Of a stretch of DNA of 42,768 nt, positions 42,466 through 42,768 are shown in pieces. Source of the DNA: Bdellovibrionota bacterium (GTDB lineage Bacteria; Bdellovibrionota; UBA1018; UBA923). The DNA is taken from the NCBI GenBank assembly GCA_040754655.1, contig JBFMCE010000023.1, positions 1 through 42,768 on the forward strand, written 5' to 3'. Made by a program: the position numbers and the translations under genes. Numbering within the stretch: the first letter of the stretch is position 1; the number at the start of each line of letters is the position of its first letter. A model generated the notes under the pieces. The model worked only from the letters and a program-made list of their open reading frames with translations, did not search any database and had not been told where the DNA came from.

Positions 42466-42768
42466 CTACATGCGATCCCAATTGAGTTTGAGTTTTCTCC
42501 AGCTGCGGCGAAGTTTCGAAGACAGGCGGCTTGAGCCGTGGCTTGGATCGACTCCCCACTTCGAGATAAAATAATTTCGATTGTGCTCAGCGTGTTTGTC
42601 CCCGCGTTTTTTGAACTCACCCAGCGTTTGGCTCCCAAAGTGATGGATGAATGCCGCGCCACTAACGCCGTACGCGAGGCCCTCTTTTCGAAGGCGATAG
42701 CAATAGTCGGTGTCTTCATAACCACCGATCAAAAATTTTTCGTCGAAGAATCCGACTTTATCGAATGT
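42466..42768 (-). CDS. glycosyltransferase family 2, C-terminal part (5' end outside the window)
   Basis: Frame open to the edge: FDKVGFFDEKFLIGGYEDTDYCYR...IHHFGSQT, the GT2 ED.D motif. Confidence 0.85.
   Translation of the reverse strand, partial: TFDKVGFFDEKFLIGGYEDTDYCYRLRKEGLAYGVSGAAFIHHFGSQTLGEFKKRGDKHAEHNRNYFISKWGVDPSHGSSRLSSKLRRSWRKLKLNWDRM

Noticed and set aside
42350..42725. ORFs 42350-42574 (+) and 42453-42725 (-)
   Set aside because: They overlap the structured RNA candidate and/or the GT2 frame, and have no recognisable motifs.

Overview
A gene-dense bacterial chromosome segment of roughly 50% GC (estimated by eye). The gene content suggests Bdellovibrionota/Oligoflexia or a deltaproteobacterial relative; this is inference. 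Housekeeping genes include a tmRNA (ssrA, truncated at the left edge, tag ANDNMQLMAA), secA, crcB, an M23 peptidase, a PP2C phosphatase, a PmbA/TldE protein, a prkA-yeaH-spoVR operon, an RluA synthase, an MCAD-like acyl-CoA dehydrogenase, a type III PKS, a TrmJ-family methyltransferase, YyaL and a partial GT2. Many secreted or lipoprotein genes of unknown function lie between them. I saw no transposase, integrase, phage gene or CRISPR array. Main observations: (1) a candidate ~274-nt structured ncRNA (42176-42449) starting exactly at the predicted +1 of a near-consensus sigma54 promoter, with ANGGA loops and an anti-SD tract; (2) five exported proteins whose only mature-chain Cys lies in a C-E-x-x-L motif, usually at a terminus, a possible sorting or tethering signal; (3) a coupled pair of distantly paralogous Cys-rich lipoproteins; (4) a 123-bp palindromic MITE-like element inside the prkA operon. 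All pairings and motifs were read by eye; no searches or folding programs were run.
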